Numbered from the whole stretch's first letter, positions 1 through 11,739 are shown. The stretch is 63,178 nucleotides of DNA, filler included, from Lenisia limosa (GCA_001655205.1; 8 parts of 8 records of this genome joined end to end with filler, not necessarily neighbours in it); one strand, 5' to 3'. Numbers and translations: made by a program. Notes: generated by a model not told the origin, from the letters alone.

Positions 1-149
1 CCGTCCACACCATCACGCATATAAGGGATATTCAATTATTGAATAATATTGATTCACCCAATCATTTGCCTTACAACTCTATGCACACAGCTTTGTGCGT
101 GCCTCCAGCAATGTACATTATACAAGATCCATATAATCTACAATACAAA

Positions 150-990
150 AACTCTCCTACCTGGCTCTTTGGAACAACAATGTTGTTTTCTTCGTCACAA
201 AGGAAACAGAACACCTCTTGTTTGGCATCCTATATTAACTAAGCCCTTTGTACAACAATCCCATCAATAATCATGAGCTGTGAAAGAAGCAATTAAAGAG
301 ACGGCAACGATTATTCAGAGAAAAAAAAAAAACTTCAATAGAATCGGTTCAGTTGCTGGAATTCCAAAACTATGGAAGTAGATTCCATTTTTGGATTTTT
401 AGGTACAAACAACGATAGAATACATCTATGAAAAGAACCCGGCTTACAGTGTTCCATAAAACAATATTGTCAGTAACCTTCTGTCCGTTAACCACACGCT
501 CTTGCTGGAAGGGTGTTGGGGCTCCCTGGGAGTATCAATACAATTCAATTCCGTACGCGAGAGCAAGAAAACAATATTGAGACAATACCCCAAAATTAAC
601 ATAATCATTCATACCTTAAGCGAGATAGTAAGCTTCTGGGTGGGCGGCTGCTGGAAGAATGTGGTGTTTGTGTTAAATCCAAGAGTTTCTCCAGGATAGG
701 AAGATCCAACGAAGTAGTCCGGGGTGTGCATGGGAGAGTCGCCAGAGAACTCCATCAAAGGGGCCATGAGGTTGGGATTGAACTCTTCCTCCACTGACGA
801 TGATCGGTGGGAATAGGGTGAGCCTGGTGACAGGATAGATGTTGTGTATGAATTTGTTGAATCTGGAGAATTAAGTGCTCCACTGTCGTAAAGGTTATCC
901 ATTGTGTCGGGTTCTCTTTTTTGAGAAGCAAACTGCTGATTAGACTGGGTATTAAGGCTGGAGGTGACCTGATGAGCTTGACAGTCTAGG
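150..990 (-). CDS. Multi-exon gene fragment, Ser/Pro-rich N-terminal region, unknown protein (divergent from U1A)
   Basis: Long exon 902-609 (MDNLYDSGALNSPDSTNS...QKLTISLK|gtatga), then short GT-AG exons reading GAPTPFQQERVVNGQK and DAKQEVFCFLCDEENNIVVPKSQ. No family recognised; ends uncertain. Confidence 0.5.
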
Positions 991-1198
991 CTTAAGGTTG
1001 ATAGTTGGCTTTTTCTTCAAACAGTATATTCTAAAATGAAAAAGAGATCCAAAATGCAACACAAATAGAGATAAAGGTTTTTGGAACTGCAACATAAAAT
1101 TTTGGATTCACAAAAAAGGGATTAGTTTTGATTAGGTTTATTCACTAAAATCGAAAAAAAATTTCAAAGCTGCCTTTTCAAAGGCTTTGACAATAAGT

Positions 1199-2594
1199 AT
1201 GAGTGCTGTCGGGCCTGTAAATGCAACTAAGGGTCCCAAACCCTACACAGTGAGGAACTACCCTCCTAATCAGACAATCTACGTCAACAACCTTGCAGAT
1301 ACCATTTCAAAGAAGAGTAGGAACTTGTGATAGATGAAGAGAACGATTCCTCAACCTTTGCTGAAGAGTATCTCACCTTATAGTTCTTAAGAAGAAGCTG
1401 TATGACTTGTTTGTCAGATATGGAAAGATTCTTGACATCAAGGTTGGGTTTTAACGTTCGCAAGTTCCATCTTACTTTGCAGATGTTCCCTCGTCAGAAA
1501 GGCCGTGGCCAGGCCTTCATTGTCTTCACAACAGTTGCTGAGGCAACAGAAAGTTTGATCTTAAATCAATTTAGGCTATTTGACAAACCCCTGGTGAGTT
1601 TTAGACCTCTAGAACAATTTCTTTTTTTGTTCTAATGATTCTCATGCGCGCTGGCTGTTATAATTATAATTGCTCAGTGTGTATCATTCGCACGTATGAA
1701 GAGTGATGCAGTTGATATCATGGAAGGAAGAGTTATCGTTCCTGGAGAAAGAATGAGAGGTAAGGAGAATATTGTTCGTTCGCACAGCAATATGTTTTGA
1801 GAATGTCATCATTTTTTTTTTATTTGGAGTGCTATGTTAACTGGGTGATATCTAGGAAAGTTGTTTGTTATTTCTCTCAATTCAAGCAGTGTTTAGTCTT
1901 ATATTCAACTCTCAAGATATCATTGCTACTAGTAACTTCTTGAAGTGCACCCACCCTCATACCCCCTCTCCCACCATATCGTCTCACCCCCCTGTAGAAG
2001 AGGCCAAGAGCATCGCGGCTTTCGGCTTCAAGGCCGACAAACCATCCAAATCTACTGCCCCCTCCGTCCCCGACCTTCCTCCCCACAAAATCCTGTTCTT
2101 GGAAAACCTTCCCGAGAGCGCCAACACGGCCATGGCTGGCGTCCTCTTCCAGCAGTATGGGGGGGGGGGNNNNNNNNNNNNNNNNNNNNNNNNNNNNNNN
2201 NNNNNNNNNNNNNNNNNNNNNNNACCTATTTTGCTGTGTCCCTTAAATTAATTAGTTTCTTTTTTGGTTCATACCTGTCTATAGTTCCAATGAGTACCAC
2301 CTCCCCAGATTTCAATTATACCCCTCCCCCTCCAATCCAATATTTACTGTGCAGTTTTGCTGGTTTCCTGGAAGTGCGTATGGTTCCCGGCCGCCCGGGG
2401 CTTGCCTTTGTGGAATTCGACACAGAACCCCACGCCACCGTATGGGGACAATATTACTACAAGTGCATTATATTTGAAAGTTGAGCTCACGCTGATTTTT
2501 GTAGGTTGCCAAGAAAGCCCTTCAGAACTTCAAGGTCACTCCCGCCCACAAGCTTCGCATCACATACTCCAAAAAAGAGGAAGCTCCCCAGTAA
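1199..2594 (+). CDS. SNRPA: Spliceosomal U1A/U2B''-type two-RRM protein
   Basis: Spliced reading MSAVGPVNATKGPKPYTVRNYPPNQTIYVNNLADTISKK / LKKKLYDLFVRYGKILDIK / MFPRQKGRGQAFIVF / LFDKPL / VSFARMKSDAVD (RRM1), then PPHKILFLENLPE / FAGFLEVRMVPGRPGLAFVEFD / VAKKALQNFKVTPAHKLRITYSKKEEAPQ* (RRM2). Cannot separate U1A from U2B''. Confidence 0.9.
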
Positions 2595-2765
2595 TTCCGT
2601 CCCCCTGTTTCTATCCTATCAAGGTTGTGTATCATTCGTTCTATGCATTGTACAAGTCTTTTTTCCTAATGCTGTGTTACATGAAAAGGTCCAACGAAAG
2701 TGCTACAGGATTTATGGATACCAATAAGAAAAACAAAGAAACACAGAAAAAAAAGCTAAAAAAAA

Positions 2766-4948
2766 CTAGAGAATTCTCATAATCATGTAAACGGTGAGGT
2801 GAGGAGGCGTGACGGTAGCCTGAAAGGAGGGGTAAAACGAAGGAAATTTTGAAGAATATGGGGGGAGGTAGGTAAATTGGACAATTTCTGAAAAAAAAAA
2901 CAAAAAAAAAGAAGCCCAAAATCAACTCTGGCATCCTCCCAGATAGAAATCTGTATATCAATCAGAATACTATCCGTATGTATGGTGTATCCCTAAATTA
3001 TCTCTGTTATTTCAGTTGCCAAGCTAGCCCCGCAAGGCGCTGACCTCAGTGGACGTGAGATGAAGTTCTTCACCCTCGAGAGTCACTTCATGAGGGTCAA
3101 GGTCAACCGTGATGGAGTGGGTGTGGTCTTCAACAACCCTAGGAACAAATGAGATGGTTTTGGAAGAGTACCCTGAAGAACCCATTGCTCCCGCATACGA
3201 GGTGTATAAATGAAGGTCAGCGGTATTGGAACGACAGAAGGGGCAGATACCCTGCAGCGTTAGAACGGGTAATTCGCATTTTATTCTAAATTCAAAAAAA
3301 CTATATTAGAGGGAAATGTCTTCACTGTTCTGGTTTTGGATATAATCAACTCAATGGTAATTATTGGAGAACTTTCTAATGCCTGTTATTTAGGCAGGCA
3401 ACATTATGCGAATACTATTAACAAGATTCATGTGGTTTCACTTCACTGGGATCTTGTAAAAGTATCAATATACTATTTCAGCGCGGTCTCGTGAAACGAA
3501 AAATATAAGCCAGATCACCTTGCCACTGTTTCCGATTCCATTCTTCCACTGAACTCCTGTACGGCGCTCTCCGTTCTCATAGAACGTGAACCTGTACAGT
3601 TATAAGCTTATCAAGAGTGACAGCATGAATGTAATAAAAACGAAGATGAAAAAGAAGCACGGTTTGGGACTAAGAACTAAATCATCAAACACCCCACCAT
3701 CCCTTGCTGAGCATGGCCGCGAATTCATGTGAATGTCCACCACCAGGGCCGGATTTGATGGTTGTTGGCAAATGATCGTGATGCACCTGAAGGTCAAACA
3801 TATCGGGAGGCACGCAGAAAGCTGTGTACACACACAGAGTTTTAAGGCAAACGATTGGGTGAATTAATATTACTATATGTACTATAATCCAATATCTCTT
3901 ATAGATATAACTTTAATTGTTATTTCTCATTGCTATTTATCAACCCACCACCTCATGATACGTTAAAATCTGGCTTTGGGTTGAATTTCAATACCCCACC
4001 TCCTACCTCATGGGTGCTTACCCCACCTCCTACCTCATGGGTATGCTTCGGCAGTACAACGTCATGAGAATGGGGCTGACTAGCGTACTCAGAGCCGACA
4101 TCATCACCTTCCTTCGTGCCCCTCAGAAACTTGTTCCTCAGATCAGGGATTGTCATATTGTTGAACACACTATGTTTTGTCATTTTTATCAAAAAAAAAG
4201 GGGGGGGGGGTAAAATGCCATGAACATGCTATGATATGAAAAGCAATACAAAGAAATGTTTCAATTCACAAAATAGGCATTCTTAGCTTTCTTGAGTTTT
4301 TCTACAGCAAATCCCATATGTTTCAAAAAAAAACCCTAAGCGTGTGGTTGAGAATACAAACGATTGGTCACCCAGTTTTCCACAGAAAGGTCATCCATTA
4401 ACATGTGGCAGTGGTAATTTTACAGCATTTTTGATAAAAGGGTTTGTGGAAGATGATCATGAAGGTTTTCTTTTCTAGAATCCAGTCGCAGCAATCAGAA
4501 GAAGAAAGTGGGTATCGCGAAGTCAAAAAAAAAACAATGGTCACCCAATTGCGAATCCTTTGGAGATGAACATCACCCAATCCTACCTCAAGGGATGGGT
4601 AATAACGGACCCGTCACAAATCATCCAGCCCTCCGGTGGCAGTTTGCCCTCAGTGCTCGGCATCCAAGGCATGATGGAGCCAAGAGGTGGCGCTAAGAAG
4701 TCAGGTAACAACTAGCTTGCAAACCGATCTGGCTGACTTGAAGTCCCTGCATCAGGACTTTTCCTTTCACATCAAGGTTATCTTCAACCACCATGGTATC
4801 TGCAAACAGGTGAAGAAAGGGGGTACATGGGAAACGCGGAAGAAGAAAGAGATCAGGAGAAAAGCAAACCTGCAGTGAAAGAATTATCTTTTTTAATTTC
4901 TAGGGCAAATGTGGCTGCAAAGAGCAGCAAAAGAAGCGAGAGCATCAT
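2766..4948 (-). CDS. Secreted phage tail-collar-domain protein, paralogue A
   Basis: Signal peptide MMLSLLLLLFAATFA. Spliced APPLGSIMPWMPSTEGKLPPEGWMICDGSVITHPLSVFNNMTIPDLRNKFLRG (tail-collar motif P-x-G-x-I...GW-x-x-CDG...PDLR), then HSH/HTH/HDH/HSH/HTH motifs and a final exon ATVTPPHLTVYMIMRIL*. One internal junction near 3300-3500 is unresolved. Confidence 0.8.
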
Positions 4949-5247
4949 GTTATGACCTTCACCAAAAAACGTATGAATACCTGTTCTCAATTCCTCCGTT
5001 TATATGATTAATAATACTTTATATAAGACGATCGTTGGAAAAGGAGTGAAAGGAGTGAAAGGAGCTGGAGCAGCTGGAAGGAGTGAGAAAAAAAGTCGAA
5101 CTTTTGAAGTACGCCACCGGATCTCACTAAAATGAAAAATCTTCTATTTTTGAGTCTCTTCCCGGTAAATTGTTCTAATTGGTGTGTATAACGATATTTT
5201 AAGGATATATTTTTAGACTTGAGCATTGTTCGCCTGGTCACCCAAAT
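4949..5247. promoter_or_regulatory. Probable bidirectional promoter between the two tail-collar genes
   Basis: Only ~300 bp separates the two divergent ATGs. It contains a purine-rich GAAAGGAGT/GGAGC repeat at about 5037-5086. Confidence 0.45.
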
Positions 5248-6451
5248 ATGAAGTTGCTAGTTTTAGTCACTTCCCTTCTTCTCCTTTGCACATGCTGGGC
5301 AACGGTTGAAATCCAGTTTGACTCAACATCATACTTCGATGACCTGGATGTCAGCTGCGATATGATTGTCAAGGGCAACGTCTACAGTAAAGGAGGACAG
5401 CTTGATCTTGCTTGTAAGCGGATTAAGAAGCATATTTTTTCGGTGTTCCATTGTTTCTTACGAAAACTCGAGGCAAGTGGTGGATTTATTAATTATTATA
5501 TCCCTTTATTCCGCTTTCCTTTGTCGGAATCTTGAGGCTGCCATTGGTTCTACCCAATAGTTTTGACACTGTAGACCCTCCCCTGGGTTCGATCTACGCC
5601 TTCCTCCCCTCAGAAGCCCAGCCCAATGTGCCTGAAGGGTGGCTTCTCTGTGACGGCTCAGTTGTGAACAACACTGAAAGGTATGAAGACCCCTTCTCTG
5701 ATAAAATGTGGAGATATTACTTGGTTTGGTCACCCAATATTGTCTTGAGGGTATTACAGTATAACCCACAATTTTCAGAAAACCCCGAGTTTTTTTTTCC
5801 TGGGAGTGGTTTTTTTTATTTTTTACAAGGAGTTTCCTCAACAGAAACTCCGAGTAACAAAAGGAAGACAATCACGAGAAAAAAACGAGGGAATTCGATT
5901 GGAAAACACTGGGATTTTCCCACTTTTTCAGTAGTGAATTTTCTGGGGAAAGTTATTTCCATGGATGAAATAATTTACACCCTGAGTGTGTAATCTTACT
6001 TTTTTTCAACATGCGGTGCTGCAGAAGCGATTTTGTTTTTCACAACCCTNNNNNNNNNNNNNNNNNNNNNNNNNNNNNNNNNNNNNNNNNNNNNNNNNNN
6101 NNNNNNNNNNNNNNNNNNNNNNNNNNNNNNNNNNNNNNNNNNNNNNNNNNNNNNNGTTATGTTTATACATCATGTTGTATATTAATGGTGTCCGTCACAA
6201 TGAGTCTCAAATGATTAGCATATTGCGTTCTCTAGTCTTTTGCTATAAGCTTACACATTATTTGTGCTTTTGCTTCCTTCATCTTTTATTACGATCGTAG
6301 CACGTATCACAACAAGACGATCCCGGACCTCCGCGGAGTCATCCCAATGGGTGCCGCCACCCTTGGGTCACAGAACGCCACCGCCTACCATCAGCATACC
6401 GTCGACATCCCGAGCCACGTGCACGAGATGAACCACAACCACACTATTGGG
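5248..6451 (+). CDS. Secreted phage tail-collar-domain protein, paralogue B (3' end unresolved, runs to contig join)
   Basis: Signal peptide MKLLVLVTSLLLLCTCWA. Spliced YPPLGSIYAFLPSEAQPNVPEGWLLCDGSVVNNTESTYHNKTIPDLRGVIPMG...YHQHTVDIPSHVHEMNHNHTIG. Exons about 5248-5413, 5574-5680, 6301-6451. Confidence 0.8.
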
Positions 6452-6642
6452 GTGGGCTAAGAGGATTTCTGAAAATAGGGGAAATATGTTTACCTTCAGC
6501 GGATATTGTCATCAGTTTTAGCCCGGATTAAATGGACATAATTGGGTGACTAGTGTTATTTTTAGAACTCCATATTAACATAATTTGTAATTAAAGGGNN
6601 NNNNNNNNNNNNNNNNNNNNNNNNNNNNNNNNNNNNNNNNNN

Positions 6643-6654
6643 TTAATTAATTAA
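6643..6654. other. Assembly linker (six-frame stop TTAATTAATTAA inside N runs)
   Basis: The identical 12-mer sits between N-runs at 6643, 11784, 17386, 27391, 32103, 34159 and 35908. Artificial contig joins. Confidence 0.95.
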
Positions 6655-8257
6655 NNNNNNNNNNNNNNNNNNNNNNNNNNNNNNNNNNNNNNNNNNNNCC
6701 CCTACCACTCTTCCTGACACGTCCTCGTGGCATCACGAATCAACTCCTTCCAAGCAGTCTGCTTCCACCGGTGCTATTCCCGAGGTATGCTAGCAGGCGA
6801 AGGATAGCGGTGTGTAGAGGGTTTTCAGGTAAATGATTGGGTGAATTAATATGCTGGGGAGGCACACAGAAAGCGGTGTGTACAAAGCTGTAAGGCAAAT
6901 GATCGGGTGAATTATTTAATAATCCAATATCTCTTATAAAACAGCAAAAGACTAAAGTGCTATTCACAAGGTATGCTGGGAGGCGAAGGAAAGAGTGAAC
7001 AAAAAGCGAGGCGTGATTGAGGCGCCCATTAAATGAGATAAACCACGCACACTTGTGGAAGATAGTGTTCAGACAGTGTTTCACTTCCGTAAAACAAATA
7101 ACTCAATCCTCGATAAACCCTCGATTAAACCCTCGATAAATACAGTGAGGATTGACCCCATTTGGGTCTATTGATATTTTAGCCTATTTTGACGATATTT
7201 AGGCCTATTCTGACGATATTTGGGACGACCACCGCTCTTCCCAATCTTCCTTCAATGTTTGGGGAAAAGAAATTTTTGTCATAGGCATTGTTAAAAAAAA
7301 AATGGTTACCGTATTAGGCAACCACGTCCTAACCAGCAGCTTCACAACCCTGGGCTGGCCAATCACAATCATGGTAGATGGTTGTAGTTTTTAAGTTTTT
7401 GTGTTTTCGTTCTTGATATATGATATCCTGTTTGATTGATGGGGTTGCAAAGCTTTTTTTTTTTGTTTTGTTTTTTTTGTTTTTTTCAAAGTTAAGGAAA
7501 GAGTTGGATAAAAGATAATTGGAGCCCCAACTTTTTCATGATAAGTCTCTCTTGAAACAAGGACCATTAAAACCCAGTGGAACGGGTGACGTTTGTCTTG
7601 GCTTGTATCAGCGCGTTCAACTTTGGTCAAATATTTTAGCACAATATATGATATATTTTGCTAAAATATTTGACCAGAACAATGGAGCACAGGCCAATTG
7701 CTAATATGTAGGGCTCCGGCAATTAGTTAATTGACAAAATTAGAAATTAAAATGTCTGAACGGGTTCTCGTTACTCCGACTTCAACTTGAAATTATTTTG
7801 TCAATACTGCACTAATGTGTTTATAAAGTGACACAATTGGCTAAAAATATAGCACAATATTGCCTAAGCCTTTACCCTGAGGTCTAAATGTTCTAGCTAA
7901 CAACATTTATATTAGTGTCTTAGAGACATCTGACTTTGAGCATGAAATGAGGGGCATATTAAGGAAACATTCTATCAATAAAAAAAAAAAAAANNNNNNN
8001 NNNNNNNNNNNNNNNNNNNNNNNNNNNNNNNNNNNNNNNNNNNNNNNNNNNNNNNNNNNNNNNNNNNNNNNNNNNNNNNNNNNNNNNNNNNNNNNNNNNN
8101 NNNNNNNNNNNNNNNNNNNNNNNNNNNNNNNNNNNNNNNNNNNNNNNNNNNNNNNNNNNNNNNNNNNNNNNNNNNNNNNNNNNNNNNNNNNNNNNNNNNN
8201 NNNNNNNNNNNNNNNNNNNNGCAACCCAGGCTAGTCGCTTCTGCCCCCCAAGCTCAC

Positions 8258-11200
8258 CAGAATTGCACTTTATGCCTGAACCGAAGGCAATTTGCCAGAT
8301 TTTGTCACCCGAAGAAATACGACCATCTCTTTCCTAATAAGGAAGGTTAAAATTTATATAGGAACGTGTCTTTCCTTATAAGGAAAGTATTATTAAAATA
8401 GCGCAGTTTTTTTTGCCAAATCTGGAAGGTTAGCATGGAATATTATACATTCCCCCTGCTCACGGAGTATTGCAATTCGTACTATATTGAAGAAGATGAG
8501 ATGAGACAATATATTGTATATTTTACCTAGGGCTTCACAATTTCTCGATAAATCCTCGAAAACTATCAATCTTTTATCGGTTTTTTTCGAACCGAAGTGG
8601 GGCCCTAATGATATCCCCTTTTCTCTCGGATTACAACCAAATAGAAGATAATATGATACCTCCTCTCGCTCACTGAATATTGCAATTCGTACCAAATTGA
8701 AGAAGACGACGTATTCCCAAATCGATAGAGAGTCGCGCGTGAGGGTTGGACCTAGGGGGGGGGGAGTAAAACGAAGGAAATTTCGATGAAGAATATTGAG
8801 GTAAAGGTAGTAACAAAAAACAAACAAAAAACAAACAAAAAACAAACAAAAAAACAAACAAAAAAACAATAAACAAACACATACAACCAACATTAAAGCG
8901 AGACAAAAAGCCAGATGACAAAAACACAATAACAAAACAAAAAAAGCCCGAGCCAGCCTTTGAAGAGTCCCACCACCATTGGAAATTTATGAAACAAAAA
9001 AGCCCNNNNNNNNNNNNNNNNNNNNNNNNNNNNNNNNNNNNNNNNNNNNNNNNNNNNNNNNNNNNNNNNNNNNNNNNNCACTGGGAGTAAAACGAAGGAA
9101 ATTTCGGAAAGAATATTGGCGTAAAGGTACCAATCACGAACGGGGAGCAAAATTGGAAAATTTTATACGCAGTGAAGTGTGAAGAAATTTATGGTATTCC
9201 AAACACAACAAGGAAATTCCAAGTGTATGCGCCTTAGTGTAGCACATATGATATGATAGTAGCAAGGGCTTCTCTATGGTCTGAAAAGACCCTTTAAATA
9301 TCGATATTTATCGAGGATTTATCGGGAGATTCGGTCGTTTCTGGGACTGTAGAGTACCCCTGATAGTAGCCCCTGACTACCTTCACCATCTTCACCATCT
9401 TCATCATNNNNNNNNNNNNNNNNNNNNNNNNNNNNNNNNNNNNNNNNNNNNNNNNNNNNNNNNNNNNNNNNNNNNNNNNNNNNNNNNNNNNNNNNNNNNN
9501 NNNNNNNNNNNNNNNNNNNNNNNNNNNNNNNNNNNNNNNNNNNNNNNNNNNNNNNNNNNNNNNNNNNNNNATACCATCTTCACCATCTTCACCACCTTCA
9601 CCAAAGTCTTAAATTCACCATCTTTATCATCTTCACCACTTTCACCATTCCCCCCACCACCTCACCATCCAATCGGTGAGCTGCAGATTCTCCTGTAGTC
9701 CGTCGATCACTGCTCGTCCCCCGGCATGGATGCAGTAGTGGTCAAAGGCTTTCTTGAAGTCTGGGACATATGGGGCTATCTGAGGGAGTAAAACGAAGGA
9801 AATTTCAATGAAGAATGTGAAAAACGGGCTGTGTGGGGGGGGGGGATAAAACAAAAAAATAGCCCAAAATCAACTCAGCCCCTCCCCACTTTATGGCAAA
9901 GAATGCGCCGCCGCCCCGCGTTAATGAGGAACTTGATCTAGAGAAATAAAATTGAGATTTTGAAGTGGAGGAAGGCCCCCTCCTCAACCTTCCATATCAG
10001 GAAGGTCACCCCCAAACCTGTTCCGTATAAGGAAGCACCAGAGGGCCCAGAAGAGTCAAATTAGTCTTAAGAGCCTTCCCGACGGAACTGACCAGTTCTT
10101 TGGACAGTCGAACCCCCAGTTGACCCTTAAAAATATTAGATTATTCCTGAATAATTTCAGCAGCAACATGACAATTTGCTTATGGCATCCCTATGTATTT
10201 ATTTCTGATTTTTTTATATATTATTGGCCTCTCAAAAAATTTCATGAAGTATTTTTTTATTTTTATTTTGATGTATTATATAATATTGGCCTCTCAAAAT
10301 ATTTATGAAGTATTAGGAATGCTAGTTTTTGTTTGGAACCTTGTATTACTAACTAAGGCTTCCCTATGGTCCGAAAAAGACCGTCAAAATATCGATATTT
10401 ATCGAGAATTTTTCGGGAAATTCAGTCTTTTTTGGGACCGTCGGTAAGCCCTAATACTAACCCCGCCCACAGTTTCATCTTCACACTGGTACACCGCGTT
10501 ATATGCCACGTCATCACCACCTTTATGCACCTGTGGGAGTAAAATTGGAAATTTCGATGGAAAAAATTGGCGTAAAGGTAATACGAATCGAATAATCTGA
10601 TAAACAAAAAACAATAAAAATTACACTATAACCCTCTTTAAAAGAAGTCCCGCTTTTTATCATTCAAAAATACAGCCACTTCATCATTCAAAAATACAGC
10701 CACTTTATCATTCAAAAATACAGCCACTTTATCATTCAAAAATACAGCCACTTTATCATTCAAACATTGTGAACGCGATAAGTCCTGACCTAACTATCAG
10801 TGTTTCAATGTATATAACTTGGGCTTCACTTCGGATCAAAAAAAAGACTGAATTTCTCGATAAATCCTCGAAAACTATCGATATTTTAACAGTCTTTTCC
10901 GAACCGAAGTAAATATTACATATTATATGATATACTAATATATATCGATATATATATCTAACTCTAACCGTTTTAAAAACATTGCATATACTCTGACCTC
11001 CCCCCCCCCNNNNNNNNNNNNNNNNNNNNNNNNNNNNNNNNNNNNNNNNNNNNNNNNNNNNNNNNNTCTAAATCCGTAAAAAACGATATTAAGGCTCTGT
11101 GCAATTAAACTGAAAAATTAATTGCAAAAAAGGTTATGTGAAATTAATTAAAACACTAATTGCAAATTTGAAGTGAAAGTGTAATGTAAACTCATTTACA

Positions 11201-11739
11201 GACACTTTCTTGTTAAAAAAAATTGTATTGAAGTAGTAGGACATATTGTAATGAAACTCAATTTCAGACTCTTTAATTTCAAAAGACAAACCTTGTTAGA
11301 AAGGCAGATTGCCGCTCCCCCCATTCTGAATAGAGTGTTTGTGATAAGCATTGACTAAAATGGTCAATAAGCATGGACTAAAATGGTCAATGTTCCAAAA
11401 TGTTGACTAAAAATATCAGTATTAGTAAAAGGTATGGACAGAAAGAGTTAATATATGGCAATGAGAAATAAAAAAATAAGAATGTATCTGGCCGAAGCCG
11501 TCCACATCATCACGCTTAGAAGAGATATTGGATTATAGTATTAAAATAATACACCCAATCATTTGCTTTAAAACTCTGTGCACACAGCTTCCTGCGTGCC
11601 TCCGGAAAAGTTAAGATACTAAGGCCCTGTGCAATTGACGGAAGAGTTAAGGCCCCGTGCAATTGACGGAGAAATTTTGAATTGAAGTGGAATACCCCCC
11701 ATACCTTCCTATCGCCATTGTACCAATTCTGGGTAATGG
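8258..11739 (-). CDS. 3-ketoacyl-CoA synthase (FAE1/KCS-type very-long-chain fatty acid elongase condensing enzyme), C-terminal half
   Basis: Exons in order: [11 protein letters not shown] / [21 protein letters not shown] / [20 protein letters not shown] / [33 protein letters not shown] / [16 protein letters not shown] / [32 protein letters not shown] / [26 protein letters not shown] / [25 protein letters not shown]. All match KCS motifs, including the catalytic His and Asn. The 5' half is lost at the join at 11740. Confidence 0.92.
8528..8607. mobile_element. hAT-like MITE (family 1), internally deleted
   Basis: TAGGGCTTCAC...GAAGTGGGGCCCTA with the same core. Further partial or diverged copies at ~9265-9340, 10820-10910, 13155-13223, 28455-28495, 28750-28840, 28917-28955, 45098-45183. 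Confidence 0.7.
9380..9645. repeat. 9-bp tandem repeat (TTCACCATC)n flanking an N-gap
   Basis: CTTCACCATCTTCACCATC... on both sides of the 9408-9570 gap. Confidence 0.75.
9781..9888 (-). repeat. Intron built from family-3 repeat (shared 3'-splice-site module)
   Basis: On the minus strand GAGTTGATTTTGGGCT...ATTCTTCA...AAATTTCCTTCGTTTTACTCCCTCAG. Homologous acceptor ends at ~2821-2935, 8746-8815, 9080-9130, 10532-10585. Confidence 0.7.
10354..10453. mobile_element. hAT-like MITE (family 1)
   Basis: TAAGGCTTCCC...GGTAAGCCCTA; flanks TTACTAAC / ATACTAAC (7/8). Confidence 0.78.
10655..10765. repeat. Tandem 24-bp minisatellite (~4.5 copies) in a KCS intron
   Basis: Unit TTTATCATTCAAAAATACAGCCAC. 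Confidence 0.85.
11458..11603 (+). repeat. Dispersed ~150 bp element (family 2), no TIRs
   Basis: GCAATGAGAAATAAAA...GTATCTGGCCGAAGCCGTCCACATCATCACG...GATATTGGATTATAG...CACCCAATCATTTGC...CTCTGTGCACACAGCTT...GTGCCTCC. Other copies at 1-108(+), 3806-3905(-), 6830-6940(-), 15920-15990, 28228-28270, 38887-38915, 40872-40903, 43040-43190, 57141-57315 (spans a gap). Confidence 0.8.

Noticed and set aside
3016-3152. Plus-strand reading AKLAPQGADLSGREMKFF... as an alternative U1A terminal exon
   Set aside because: Its splice phase is incompatible with U1A. It is the antisense shadow of tail-collar A exon VVEDHTHSITVD.
6699-7650. Exon-like segments that could continue tail-collar gene B (TTLPDTSSWHHES..., AYSDDIWDDH...)
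   Set aside because: They lie beyond a contig join, the phases did not chain, and no terminal PP..IMR motif was found. Left unassigned.
10655-10765. Direct repeats as a CRISPR array
   Set aside because: Contiguous units with no spacers, in a eukaryotic intron.
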